A DNA stretch of 64,000 bases, taken from Octopus sinensis (lineage: Eukaryota). The stretch spans positions 51,398,001 through 51,462,000 of the forward strand of contig NC_043002.1 of NCBI RefSeq assembly GCF_006345805.1, in the 5' to 3' direction. The position numbers and the translations under genes are program-made. A model generated the notes under the pieces. It saw nothing but the letters and a program-made list of their open reading frames with translations, had not been told where the DNA came from and did not search any database. Below are positions 25,665 to 39,362 of the stretch, piece by piece (within the stretch, counting starts at the first letter, position 1; each line of letters opens with the position of its first letter).

Positions 25665-25789
25665 ACACACACACTCTTTGTTTTGTCCTGTACTGTACAT
25701 AATGTTTTCCTTAATGTAAACGCCTAACACCTAGAATGTCGTCAGGCGCTCACAACCCTCTACCAGTCGGGCAATGAGATCGGTGAATG

Positions 25790-26500
25790 TTCCGCTTTAG
25801 AAGTTTATAGAGGATTAATAGGTGAGGAGTACGACGACGTTCTCGGGGCGACTCTGGGTGCCGACGAGAAGGTACCGGCTAGTCTGTTCCAGAGGAATTT
25901 CCGGTCGGGAACTATTATGGATAATTTCCAGATGTCCTTAGCCTGGCAGTGCTACCGGGAGGCGCTACATGTTCGCGATAAACTCTACAGGCCCAGATGT
26001 ACTGTCAGACGGGCTTGTCCAAAGTGTGCGTAGAGTGACGAAACCGTTCTGCGCGCCCTCGTTCAGGGTCCGGGCATTGCTGACTTGTGGGCTTATGTCG
26101 AACAGCTGCTGTCACGTGTGGGACGGATCCGTCTGTCAGGCAAGGCAGTTTTACTTTGCCTGGTAGCTGTGGTGGAAGAGATTGTTTGGTGGACAAAGCT
26201 GAAAAGTAGAGGACAGGTACATTCCTCTTTGGTTGACCTCTCAATGACTTCTTCAAATTCACTTGAAAAGGAAATTGGGTGTAGAGAGGGCAGTGCTGTC
26301 CTCGAGTGAGTTTATTGAAAGGTGGGTGAAAGTTGCGAAATTGGCAAAAGTGGGTGGTACCTCTCTAAGTATCGACCTGTGAGTCGGAGAGAAGGAATTG
26401 GAGAGGGCACTTGCTCCTGGAGTTTCAGAGAAATCTCGGACTGTGGAGTTCCTCGATTATCCCTAGGGGCCTTCCTCTCGGGAGAGTCACATCTCTATCA
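25790..26500 (+). mobile_element. 3' end of a Tx1/L1-type LINE (zf-RVT-like C-terminus), degenerate
   Basis: DNFQMSLAWQCYREALHVRDKLYR...CPKCA*SDETVLRALVQGPGIADLWAYVEQLL fits the W..LPV....CxxC..ET..H....C....W pattern. Confidence 0.7.
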
Positions 26501-26831
26501 TCCCTCCTACCACTTTTTCTTTCAAACCTTTGTATACTATACATATGTCCCTTTTTTTCCAGTGTATACTATGTATACTTATTTTCTTTCTATCATTTTT
26601 AAAAAAATCATTTCATTATATGTAAACTCCCACGCTTTATGTCTGTCTTTGTATTGTGCCCCTCATTCTTCTCCCTTATGGCAAATGAAATTATCATCAT
26701 CATCATCATCATCGTCATCATCATTATCATCCTCATCACAATTATCATCATCATCATCATCATTATCATCATCATCAGCAGCAGTAGCATCGTCGTCGTC
26801 GTCATCATCATCATCAACATAATCATCATCA

Positions 26832-26882
<51 letters not shown>

Positions 26883-27734
26883 TATTATTATTATTTTTAC
26901 TTTTATTATTATTATTACCATCATCATCATCATCATCATCATCATTATCATTATTATTGTTTTGTTGTTGTTTTTACTTCTGCTGTTTTGTTGTCTTATG
27001 TTGGTGAAGAAAGGAAGGGCAATGTCCTAGACCTTTCCAGACGCCCACAGACTGGTAAAATAGATGTGGCTGATATACCCAGATTGGATATCAGCAGCTA
27101 AATTTCTTCGGTAAGAATCTGAAGTAGAAGTTGGAGAAGGAGGAGGACGAGGAGGAGGAGTGGGAGGTGGAGATAAGGTTCGAATACTTGCAATAGGATG
27201 AATAGAATAAAAGCATTCAACGTGCAGGTGGAGCTGGTGGTATTGTTATTGTTGTTGGTGGTGGTGGTGGTGGTTGTGATGATGGGTGGGGGTGATGGTG
27301 TTTAGTTCCATGTCAAGTCTGATCGATCAAATCTATGATTGTTGATATTCATCAATGTCTTTATTATTTATATGGAGATAACAATGTTCACATTATCTTG
27401 CGACTCACAACCTCGTGATTTAAAACAATAATGTATGATTTTGAGGGAGATCTGGTTGCTATTTCGAACAAGCTGATTGATCACATAAACGTTCCCGGTG
27501 GTGGTGGTGGTGGTGGTGGTGACGGAGGTGGTGGTGGCGGCGGCGGCGGCGACGACGACGACGACGACGGCGCTGCGATGGCGGCGGCGGCAATGCTGAC
27601 GTCGACGACTTGCCAACCGTGGCAACGATGGTGATGGCTGCGGCGGCGCTGATAGTGGTGGTAATAGTAGTGCTGGTGGTGGTGGTGGTGGTGGTTATGG
27701 TACTGCTATCACCAGTAGTACTAGTGGTATAAAC

Positions 27735-27920
27735 CAGTGTTCTGCAACATTTTCTCACTTGCGGTACACTTATATTCTTTTCAAATTTCTGCGTCACACC
27801 TGAATTAAAAAATATAACTGAAAGTACAGGAAGAAAATTATATTCAGGTTACATTGCTGCACACCTAACATCGTCTCGTGGCACACCAGTGTGCCGCAGC
27901 ATACCAGTTGCGGAGCACTA
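27735..27920. mobile_element. hAT (Charlie/Buster-like) MITE
   Basis: TIRs cagtgttctgcaac / gttgcggagcacta; imperfect 8-bp TSD gtataaac / gcgtaaac with central TA. Confidence 0.7.
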
Positions 27921-28381
27921 GCGTAAACCACTGCCATCACCACCTTCAACCCATAGTTCAGTATGCTGGAGCAATCCTATGGCACTCGAATAGTTATCCG
28001 ATCGACGAGGCACACAACCCATTTGATCCACTTTCTCAGTTCTAGCATGTCACTGACTAACTGCACACTGTCAGGCCAAACTGCACACTCAGACACGAAT
28101 TGGTGATTCATAGAAAGTACACTGAAATCGGTTGGACATATTGCACTGTCCCCGCTCTATATTTTATTTCTGTACGTCACCAGATTCTGTTGACGACCAC
28201 AATAGCAGAGAATAAGTTGAACCCAACTTGAGCCCGACAGTTTGCTGTTTGTCTACACTTGTTGTTGTTAGTATTTGAGGACAGTAAAGCTGTTGGTCTT
28301 GTAATCAACTCCGCAACCTCTGTTTCTTTCTCTTTGTCTCTCTCTGTCTATTTATCAATCCATCCATCTATCAACCAATCA

Positions 28382-28446
<65 letters not shown>

Positions 28447-31090
28447 CTTCTTCTTGGGTATGTGTGTGTATTCTTTATTCTTATGTAAACTGAGTGAGTG
28501 AGAGAGAGAGAGAGTTTAAGATGTTATTGTAATAGTACCAGAAAGTGTTGTATATACATAAGGGTGTTTGGAACTGAATTATCATATAACGACAGAAATT
28601 ATTTTAGGGATTTGAAGCATGCACCAGCAAAAGGCTGTTTAAGCAGTCATTCGAATTTAAAGTATCTGTTTTGTTGTTTAGGTACTCTGCGGACGCGATC
28701 CGTATACAACTGTTATGATGCGTTGGGCACTGATTTCTGTTCATTGTAGCATATTGAGGATTTTAGTGGACAGGTTGGAATCCTGATGGTATATTACATT
28801 GATTGTACAAGCAGCAATGATAACCAACACTAATTGAAAACAGGGAATCTTACGATTCAAGCTCCTAATTCAAATTCAAATTCAAATTCATTATAATAGA
28901 ATTGGATGGCGTCAGAGAGTCATGGGAATCCACGAGAGCACCGAAACAAAAAATAAACTGAAAACTTTTCAGTTGATCCAACGTCATTGTGCATGCGATT
29001 GCTCTAAGCACCCTTGTTCGCCGTTTTGTTTTCTTTGCTATATATTTCACGTATGCTGCGCATGTTGTGAAGGAGCTCTATTCAAATTCAAGAAATTTTG
29101 GCTTTTATATGTATACTATGTTTGAGTTGGTGAGCGTAAGGGTTGGTTGTATTTGATCTTCTTTCGAACGGCTGGTAAGACGGAAGGCGGTCGATTTAGT
29201 AAGTGCTACTTTAAGCAGTGCTATAATGTCCTGGGTATGACATTAAACTGCATTTAGTGGTAGGACACCAGTTCGGGAGTTCTGGATTTGAAAAGTGAGT
29301 GGAGTCACCCTTTAATTACCTTTACACCCAGGTCCGTTCTGATCCGGAGCAGTAGTTCTTCTCAGGGTCTCCTTTATGGGTTAAATAGATTTTTGTAAGT
29401 GAAGATTGAGTTCCTTAACTGCGGTGAATGCAGTCAGTCTCGAAGGAAAACTCCAAAATCAATACTCTCTTCCAACATGCCCTATGCCATAACAGAAGAG
29501 TATGGCTGATGAAACTAACATAAGGTGTGTCCAATCGCATAGACTCGTACTATGGAGACAGCTACTCCATGGAGCGCATTCTGCCGCCGGCAAAATATCA
29601 GGAAATGATGATGACTTTAAGTGTGTTGTTGTGAAACCAAGTTAGCAATGGATTTAAACTGGGTTGGAGTTGTTGTTGTAGAGCAATAAAGTGTAGATAG
29701 TGGTGAGGAGTGTAATTTTGATGCTGTTTGTATAGTAGAAAATATTTTCCCAAAGTGCTGCGCAGTGGGATGTAGCCCGGAACTACGTAGTTGCAAACTT
29801 AAATTCCTAACTTCAAACCATGCTTGTTAGTTTATTTATCGCTTCCCAGACTGACAGAAAAATTTGACCTTAGCACGACTTGAACTCAGAACCAAAAGGA
29901 ATGTAATATAATACCACATCTGTAGCTTTTTCTCTTTTTTTTCCGATGTCCTAATCGTTCTGGCAGTCAAGAGAGCAACTACTCTCTAAAGTTTATTTTA
30001 AATTTTGTCACAAAGCCAGTAATTTCGGAAGATGGGGTAAATCGATTACCTCGATCCCAGTGTTCAACTGGTACTTATCTTATCGACCCCGAAAGAATGA
30101 AAGGCAAAGTGGACCCCAGCACCATTTAAAAGCAGAACTTGAAGTCGGAAGAAATGCCGGTAAGCATTCTTCCGCTGTAACAATTCAGCCAACTCGCCGC
30201 CTTCAACTAATCTTGTTTATTGACTTCTTATATAGCTACATAGCCGGGAATCTAGAAAAAAAGGAACAATTATCATATATTTAGCCAGGCGCTTGACTGG
30301 TACCAACGCCAGAAGAATAGAAAGTAAAGTTGACTTCAGCTGGATTTGAACACATAATATAAAGATCTGGAATAAGTACTACAAAATACTATTGCATTTT
30401 AACGATTCTGCCAACACAATACCCAATGCTACAAGGTTATATTGGGACTTTTTTGTAATTTCACAGTGCACTTGCTAAGGAATTAACTTATTTCCACGAG
30501 ATGTTTTGGTATGGAATACAACCAAGGAAAGATTAAACGCCGTTTAGATATTTTGTTCAAAAAATATATACAGCAGTTAAAGGAATTTGAAATCGATAAA
30601 GTGACCCTGGAAGAAGTAAATAAATTATTTCTACTGCTACATTTGATTTATTTCGGTAAAATATTCTCTTTCCAGATTTTTACTCTGATTTAAATGCTTT
30701 TCTGCTAGCTTCATCATTTATGATGTGTTACGTAATGGGACTGCCAATATGGACGTGAATTTTGCATCTGAGTATAAATATAGATACAAACATACATACG
30801 TGTGTGTGTGTAATATTATACATATATATATATGTATGTATATATATATGTGTGTGTACATGTATGCCTGTCTTTCTGTGGGAATTCGTACGTGTACGAG
30901 AATGCCAATACAAAAAAGTGTGTACTAAGATATATATATATATGTATATGCACGCGCGCTCGTGTGTGTATGTGACTGTATGGATGTTCGAGTGTCTCAT
31001 TGTTACACATAGCTCGTAGAAAAAGAATAACACAAATGATTTGAGGAAGATGCGAGTACATAGAGAGAGAGAGACAGAGGGTAAAACAGA

Positions 31091-31121
<31 letters not shown>

Positions 31122-31280
31122 AAGAGAAAGACAATAGACATTTAGGAAGTGAAATTGCTAGGATGTGGGAGACAGAAATAATTAGAAAGCGAGATAACAG
31201 AAGGGTGTACAAAGCAGTGTTTTATATATATATATATAAGGAGTAGATAGATAGATAGATAGATAGATACATACATACAT

Positions 31281-31313
<33 letters not shown>

Positions 31314-31416
31314 AAATGTTACAAAGCATTGCCCCAGCATGGCCTCATCGCAATAACTGCAACAAGTGAAAGATGAAAGATATATAGACATGTGTATGTA
31401 TGTGTGTATATATATG

Positions 31417-31456
<40 letters not shown>

Positions 31457-31651
31457 TATAATATATATATATGCATATACTTATATACCTATATATATAT
31501 ATATATGCATATACTTATATAAACCAGTATATGTAAAAACACACACATGCATATGCCTTTCTCTCTCTATATATATATGTATATAATACATACATATACA
31601 CACATACATACATGCATACATACACATACACATATGCATATATATATATAT

Positions 31652-31684
<33 letters not shown>

Positions 31685-31719
31685 CACCCACACATATATA
31701 TATATAATATATATACACA

Positions 31720-31750
<31 letters not shown>

Positions 31751-31961
31751 AAATGAAAGAAGCAGGGACAGATGAGGTTGACTAAGTGAATGAATAAGTG
31801 AGTGAGTGAGAGTCAATATGGCGCACAGAAAAGAGAAGGAAAATTAAGATGTTTTTAAAATCGTTGAAAACTTCGATAAATCATTTCCAACCTAACAGTC
31901 TCCATCATACCACCTACCATCATTTTCACAAATTTTTATCCCCCATCCGTCCGCTTTCCCC

Positions 31962-32048
<87 letters not shown>

Positions 32049-32433
32049 GGGTATATATCAATCAATCTATAACTATTTCCCAGTCTATTTATCAGTCACT
32101 TAATCCATCTACACAGTCAAGTGTCCACTCACATGCACGCATACTCACACACATACACACACAGAGATTTCTATAATTAATATAAATATATAGATATATA
32201 CGTGTATACATGTATATATTTATATTTATATCTATATGTATTCTGTATATCTGTCCAGTTATCTAACCACCTATCTAGCTCACTATAAACGCGAATACAC
32301 ACTGGCGCATGTGTATGTGTGTGTGTGTGCGTGCGTGTGTAATCGTCAAGCTGTCTCTACAATTGTATATCCACTTATCTCTATCCATCTATCTAGCTTG
32401 CTATCAGTCTTTCTGTTCATCATTTCTATCTAC

Positions 32434-32505
<72 letters not shown>

Positions 32506-32617
32506 TTATCTATCTATCTATCAATCTATTTATCTATCTATCTATCTGTCTATCCATCTGTATGTCTGTCTGTCTGTTTGTCTGTCTATCTACCAAGCAA
32601 TCTATCTATCAATCAGC

Positions 32618-32663
<46 letters not shown>

Positions 32664-32724
32664 CTGTTTATCTGATTATCCATCAATCTGGTTGCATATT
32701 GATATACTACCAAATGTGTGGGTG

Positions 32725-32785
<61 letters not shown>

Positions 32786-32842
32786 GTGTGTGTGTTGTGT
32801 TTATATCTATATATATATATCTATATATATATATATATATAG

Positions 32843-32883
<41 letters not shown>

Positions 32884-32950
32884 CCTACATACATTCCTTT
32901 GAAAATATATATATCTGTGGGTGTGTATATATGTACTAGCTCATACACAC

Positions 32951-33004
<54 letters not shown>

Positions 33005-33032
33005 CGATCGATAGATAGATAGATAGAGATAG

Positions 33033-33063
<31 letters not shown>

Positions 33064-34229
33064 GATGTGCCATACATATATATATATGCGTAAAAATATA
33101 TTTACAGATAAATATATGTAGATATATCTCTTTATCTGTCTATGTATTTGTCTTATACTCTTCACAAACACATGTCTGTTTCCCTGATTTATGAAGAATA
33201 TATTATATACACTCCCACACAACACCTTTCATACCTTCTACACCACTCGCGTTTTTTCTCCTGTTTCATTTTATTTTTTTTCTTGATGTATTTCATTTGT
33301 TTTACTCATCTTTTAAATTACTTCTGACACAATATGGCGCAGAATATATATATATATCATGTATTTATGTATGTATATTTTATATATATATATAAAACAT
33401 ATATATATATACGTGTGTATAAGTATTTATGTATCAATGTACGTTATGTACGTATGTATTAGCAATGTATATAGTGAGAGCTGCAATGAGAGAGAGATAT
33501 AAGCATATAAATATTTAGATGCATAAAATGCTAACAAATTTTATCCTTTTCTACTACATCATTCTTTATATTGTGGAGAGGAAAAACAACAAAAGTATTT
33601 TTGTTAAATAAAAAGATAAGGAAAATTTCAAAATGGCGTTGTCAACCTAAAATGGCGACCGATACATCAGATTTGTTTGATAATGATGGCGACGGTGATG
33701 AATTTAATGTTGTTGGGGTTCTTGTTGTTTTTGTTGTTGTTGGTGGTGGTGGGGGGGTGTTAGTGGGGGTGGGGGCATTTGTGGCAGTGGTGGCGGTAGT
33801 GGCGGCTGGTTGGTGGGGGAGGGCATTAATGCTACAGCTGCAACAATTGCAGTTCTGCTAGAAACGATGTCATCAGTGTTCGAAACGATGAATTGTCTCG
33901 TTGCTGTTGTTGATACAGTCTTTGTTGTTGCTGTTGTTGTTGTTGTGTTGTTGTCGTCGTTGTTGTTGTTGTTGTCGTCGTTGTTGTTGTTGTTGTTGTA
34001 ATTGATGCTGCTGCCGTTTAAACCCACCCCCATGTCAGCCTTGATTGAACAGACCTCAGATCAAAGCATTCCAACTATGACTATCCTATCTTTTCTTTTT
34101 AAGTAAAATATATCTCACTTGACAATATGTATTTTTTTTTAAGACAATCGGGCGTGACTTGTGGGTGATTTTCCTACGATATCTAACAAACAGAGCGATC
34201 ACACTGACGCTTCTTTTCATGATTTTTAC

Positions 34230-34313
34230 ATGAGTACACTTCAAATCCGTTAACGGATCGACCGGAGAGCAAGTCTGGTGCCAGCAGCCGCGGTAATTCC
34301 AGCTCCGGTAGGG
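34230..34313 (+). pseudogene. 18S rRNA fragment (530-loop region)
   Basis: atgagtacactt..aatcc.ttaacg...GCAAGTCTGGTGCCAGCAGCCGCGGTAATTCCAGCTCC is the universal eukaryotic SSU motif. Confidence 0.93.
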
Positions 34314-34318
34314 TTAAA

Positions 34319-34366
34319 ACTTACACTTGCACGACTTAAGCTTTGAGACAAGCATATGACTACTGG
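34319..34366 (-). pseudogene. 18S rRNA 5'-region fragment, inverted
   Basis: Minus strand CCAGTAGTCATATGCTTGTCTCAAAG-cttaagtcgtgcaagtgtaag matches the conserved 18S 5' end. Confidence 0.9.
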
Positions 34367-34454
34367 TACCGTTGCGATTCGACTTCTTCGTGATTTTTAC
34401 GTGTTAGTGCATACATACATACATACATACATACATACATACATACTCTTTCTC

Positions 34455-34672
34455 TTTCTCTTTTCTCTATTTTTATTGTTTCAGTCATTTGACTTTGGCT
34501 ATGCTGGAGCACCGCTTTTTGTCGAGCAAATCGACCCCAGGACTTATTCTTTGTAAGCCTGGTACATATTCTATCGGTCTTTTTGCCGGACCGCTAGGTT
34601 ACGGGGACGTAAACACACCAGCATCGGTTGTCAAACGATGTTGGGGGGACAAACGCAGACACACAAGCATAT

Positions 34673-34705
<33 letters not shown>

Positions 34706-34865
34706 CATATATACGACGGGCTTCTTTCAGTTTCCGTCTACCAAATCCACTCACAAGGCTTTGGTTGGCCCGAGGCTATAGTAGAAGACACGTGCCCAAA
34801 GTGCCACGCAGCGGAACCATGTGGTTGGTAAGCAAGCTACTTACCACACAGTCATTCCTACGCAT
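34455..34865 (-). mobile_element. CORE-like SINE family B
   Basis: Near full-length similarity to the 56535-56940 copy. Confidence 0.9.
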
Positions 34866-35319
34866 ATACATACATATACACATACATACACGATAAATAC
34901 ATGCATACCTACATGCATGCATACATATAAATATAAACGCAAACATACAAGCATGCATACATATACACCAGACTGACTCACTGGAAGATAGAAACACCAA
35001 CCTTGGCATATATATTCTGATTACTTCTGTGGATAACCAATATTCCAATTGGTTATCCACAGTATTCCAATAATATGAGTAAATATGAAGAAGAGCATTG
35101 AAGTGGTTACGACATCATCAAAGGGTACAGAGGTTTGAATTTGACCAGGAGAAATATTTCTACTGATTATAAAATTGAGAAAACTATAGGCCGGTCACCA
35201 ACATCTCTACCAATAGGAAGACATAGATATATGATAAGATTTGCAACAGGTAGCCGTGCATGAATATATACTATATAATAGAACTTACAATAAGGAATGC
35301 TTAACTAGGGAAATAACAG

Positions 35320-35645
35320 GCACTCGTTGTCGGTTACGATGACAAGGGTTCCAGTTAATCCGATGAACGAAACGGCCTGCTCATAAAATTAGCGTGCAAG
35401 TGGCTGAGCCCTCTACAGACACGCGTACACTTGTTGCAGTTCTCGGGGATATTCAGCGTATTATAGTATGTGACAAGGCTGGCCATTTGAATTACAAGTA
35501 CAGCTCATTTTTACCAGCTGAGTCGACTGGAGCAACCTGAAAAAAAGCCTCTTCTCCAAGGACATAATGCGCTATCGAAAATTGAACTCATTGCCTAACT
35601 ATCGTAAGCCGAATACCTCTAACTACAAAGTTATGCGCCTTCACA
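35320..35645 (-). mobile_element. tRNA-derived SINE, same family as 4312-4625
   Basis: Shared gtcggttacga..ggttccag...gcaagtggctgagc...aaggctggcc body. Confidence 0.8.
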
Positions 35646-36429
35646 ACAAGGGAAATAGCAACCGAATTAAAAACAAGAAAATTACAGCAAAGCTGCGTCA
35701 TAATGGTGTCCGACGTGGCATGCATACAAACATATAACTTGTTTAGCATTGAGTTTTTATTCTTCTCTTCCGTTTTATTTTAACATGGGCATTGTGTCTT
35801 TATTATTCTCTTCCGTTTTACGAATCGAATTCAGTGTGCACATGCGCATTACGTATACATTCTTTTTTTTTCTGGTTCCTACTGAAATCTGTTTGCAGAT
35901 CACAACCATCTCACGAACCTGCGTTCGTGAGAAGCGCTTCGCACTCTGCTGGCAGTGAAAAAAACAGAAACAAGGTCTTTAGAATTCTTTGCACGAAATA
36001 TATCAGTAGCCTACAATATGTTTATTGTACTGGTGTTGAGACCAATATTTGAACCAATCAACGACACGATAAAAGAGCTCCATATTACTGATGCCAGAAG
36101 CTGAAAAAAAATAAAACAGTTTACTGAGACCAGAAACTTTGGCTTTAGGAATATTATCGAATAAAATTCATACATACATCCATTCATACACACAGACAGA
36201 CAAACAAAAACGAAAACGTGAATGATATAAGATCACCACGTTGTTTCGCAGCTAGCGACATGCCAACAGATTCCATAGTGCTTGCCAGCCAAACTACATT
36301 CCCGGCTCAAGTAACTGACCAGTGTTCCCCTACTACGACTATGGTAAATAGCAGGCACAACCGCAATTATTATTGTATTAGTAGTGGTAGTCAGGATTAT
36401 ATGACGGTGAAATGTGCCCTTACTGAAAT

Positions 36430-38762
36430 TTCCCCACCAAAAAATAATAACTTTGGCTTTAAAGGACTCTCTCGAGGAGAGAGTATTCTCTACCAAAGTA
36501 AGTAAAGAAAAAAACACCAGATACGGTATTAAAAGCTGTTAACGAAATTGGTGATGAGTATTTACAACAGTATGATGAACCCACATACTGGCAGATTAAC
36601 GCCTGGCTATATGCTCTGGCCCCTACTGTAAAACAGTACATGAATGCTATTCAAAAAGCAAACAAAACCGAAATAACAAAGAAAATACTATCGTGGGTTT
36701 TGAAGACAGAGAAAAAGATAATTGGTTTACGGAAGACTATCAGTCATGTAATGATGCTTATTGTATGCAAACAAGCAAATCACTATACGTCCCACCAACA
36801 GAAAGTAAAGAAGGAGATAGAAATGATGTTTGGAGACAGCAAGAAGAGGACACTCGCAAACTGATTGCCCTCAGGCAGGAGCTAAAAGCTGTCAGTGAAA
36901 AAATCCGACATCAGATGAGAATAACCGAGAGAAGAATAATAAACAAAAAATTTAACTGCAACCAGGCAGAAGTATACAGAGACATGAGAGGAGGAGCAGT
37001 AAACATCATGGAAGCTCCTTCACGAGAAAACATAGACTCGTTCTGGAGGAAAATCTTGAGTGAAGAGAAGGAATTTAACCAAAATGCTCTGTGACTGGAA
37101 GAAATTCAAAAAAGCTATTGCTCCTGCGTTACATCGAAGACATACAACATTGATGGTGAAACTTGCAACTGGGATCCAGAAACTCCAGAATAGAAAAGCA
37201 CCTGGATGAGACTTGATTGTTGGATATTGGTACAAGAAGCTAACATTCTACCGACCATATCTTATCAATCTGTACTAGCAAGCTTTCATTAGGAACAGTA
37301 GCATACTAAACTGGTTAGCTCTGGCAGAGACAAAATTGATCCCCAAATGCAGAACAACCTACATGGCAAAAAACTACCAACCGATTGCATACCTGAACTT
37401 AATGTATCCTCCAGGACCATAGTGAAAACAATAACATTATCACAACAGAACAAGTAGCTGGGAAGAAGGGAGTCTGGAGATGTGCTGGGAAATTATTAAT
37501 CAACAAAACTGTGATGTCAGAGGTGCGAGAACATAGGAGGAACCTAGGTTCAATGTGGCTAGCCTACAAGAAAGCCTTCTACTCTGCTCCTCATTCATGG
37601 ATGCTAGAAGCCCTTCAACTTGCTAAAGTTCCAGTGAGAATAGTCAAAGCCATAGCTGACCTGACTTCATCGTAAGCCACCATCTTGAAATTAAACACAA
37701 AGAGTGACTGTATTATCACTGACAGAATACAGTATCGCAAAGGCATATTCCAAGGAGACAGCCTCTCTGTGATGCTGTATATACTTTCTGTAAACCACTT
37801 GTCATTCTTGTTAAGGAAGTCTGAAATATATCTCAATGGTTCACAAGGAAACAGAAATACCAAAATTAACACTGTTTCTTTGTGGATGACTTAAAACTTT
37901 ATGCAAATAATATGCATGCGATGAAAAAGAGCCTTGACCTAGTTACAACATTCTCAAAGGATGAAGGGTTGGAGTTTGGTCAGGATAAATGTTGTTACAT
38001 GGTTGTGAAAAGTGGGGGAAATTATAAACTAGATTAGTAACCTTTCCATCAATGGTATCATTATAGGTATCTAGGGGGCGGATGAAAATATATCTTACAA
38101 TGGCACCTCTAACAAAACACGTGGCGAATAAAGAAAATTTGGACCTCAGAACTCTTTGCATTCAATAAAACAGTGGCCCACAATGTGTTTGTAGTGCCAG
38201 TACTCATACTATCTTTTAGGCTGCTTGATTGGACGTTTGATGAGATCCGAGCTATTGATGTGAAAACCCGAAAAATATTAACAAGCACACATAATATCCA
38301 CGTAAACACTGACGTAGACCGCCTTTACCTAAAACGTAAACAAGGTGGCAGAGGTTTAACATCAATTTAAAATGTCTTTGAGTGTCGCATTATATCCCTT
38401 CTGCAACTTCTTTTAACCACCATGCGTCGAAGTGCATCCCTTGACCAAGTTTGCATACATGAGGCTGAGAACATAATAAGAAATGGAAGGCAGCTCCTTG
38501 AGCAACACTCTTTGTCTGATAACCTAGAATACATGCTCAAAGAAGTCGCACGACTCTCCCGCAACGAGTCATATGAAAGGATGCGCCTATATGAGCAGAA
38601 AACTATGCATGGATATGTTAGTAGAAAGCTCCGATCATCAAAGCAGTTTATAATGGACGAATAACCTCCTACTTTTAAGGGTATGCCTTTGCAATCCAGG
38701 AACAGGAAATATCAACGAAGTACCTGATGCACAAAAGGGATAGAGATACGGGAAAAGCCGAA
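36430..38762 (+). mobile_element. Degenerate non-LTR retrotransposon RT (R4/Dong-like, RLE class)
   Basis: Frame-shifted motifs KAPG.D, NYQPIAYLNLMY, EQVAGKKG, AYKKAFYSAPHSW, KGIFQGDSLS, FVDDLKLY, RLYLKRKQGGRGL, AIQEQEISTKY. Confidence 0.9.
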
Positions 38763-39160
38763 AAGTAGCTTGCTTACCAACCACATGGTTCCGGGTTTAG
38801 TCCCACTGCGTGGCACCTTGGGCTAGTGTCTTCTACTATAGCCTCGGACCGACCAAAGCCTTGTAAGTGGATTTGGTAGACGGAAACTGGAAGACGTCCA
38901 TCGTATATATGTATATATATGTATATGTGTATGTGCGTGTGTATATGTTTGTGCGTCTGTGTTTGTCCCCCCCAACATCGCTTGACAACTGATGGTAGTG
39001 TGTTTATGTCGCCATAACGTAGCGGTTCGGCAAAAGAGACCGATAGAATAAGCACTAGGCTTCCAAGTAATAAGTCCTGGGGTCGATTTGCTCGAATAAA
39101 GGTGGTGCTTCAGCATGGCCGTAGTCAAATTACTGAAACAAGTAAAAGAGATAAAAGAGA
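38763..39160 (+). mobile_element. CORE-like SINE family B at the break point of the LINE
   Basis: aagtagcttgcttaccaaccacatggttccggg...gtggcaccttgggc...gaaacaagtaaaagag. Confidence 0.9.
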
Positions 39161-39288
39161 TATATGTGTGTGTGTGATTGTGTGTATGTATGTATATATA
39201 TGTACATTTATGTATATATATGTATGTATGCATATATTTATGTATATGTATATATATATATGCACGTATATATATGTATGTCTGTGTG

Positions 39289-39362
<74 letters not shown>

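Noticed and set aside
28060-28092. Twin TGCACAC metal-response-element-like motifs
   Set aside because: 7-mers are expected by chance in CA-rich DNA and there is no linked gene
30511-30693. Protein-like ORF MEYNQGKIKRRLD...
   Set aside because: No consistent open exon from the upstream acceptor and no family recognised
34230-34366. Functional rRNA gene or contamination
   Set aside because: Only two short pieces in opposite orientation, embedded among host repeats
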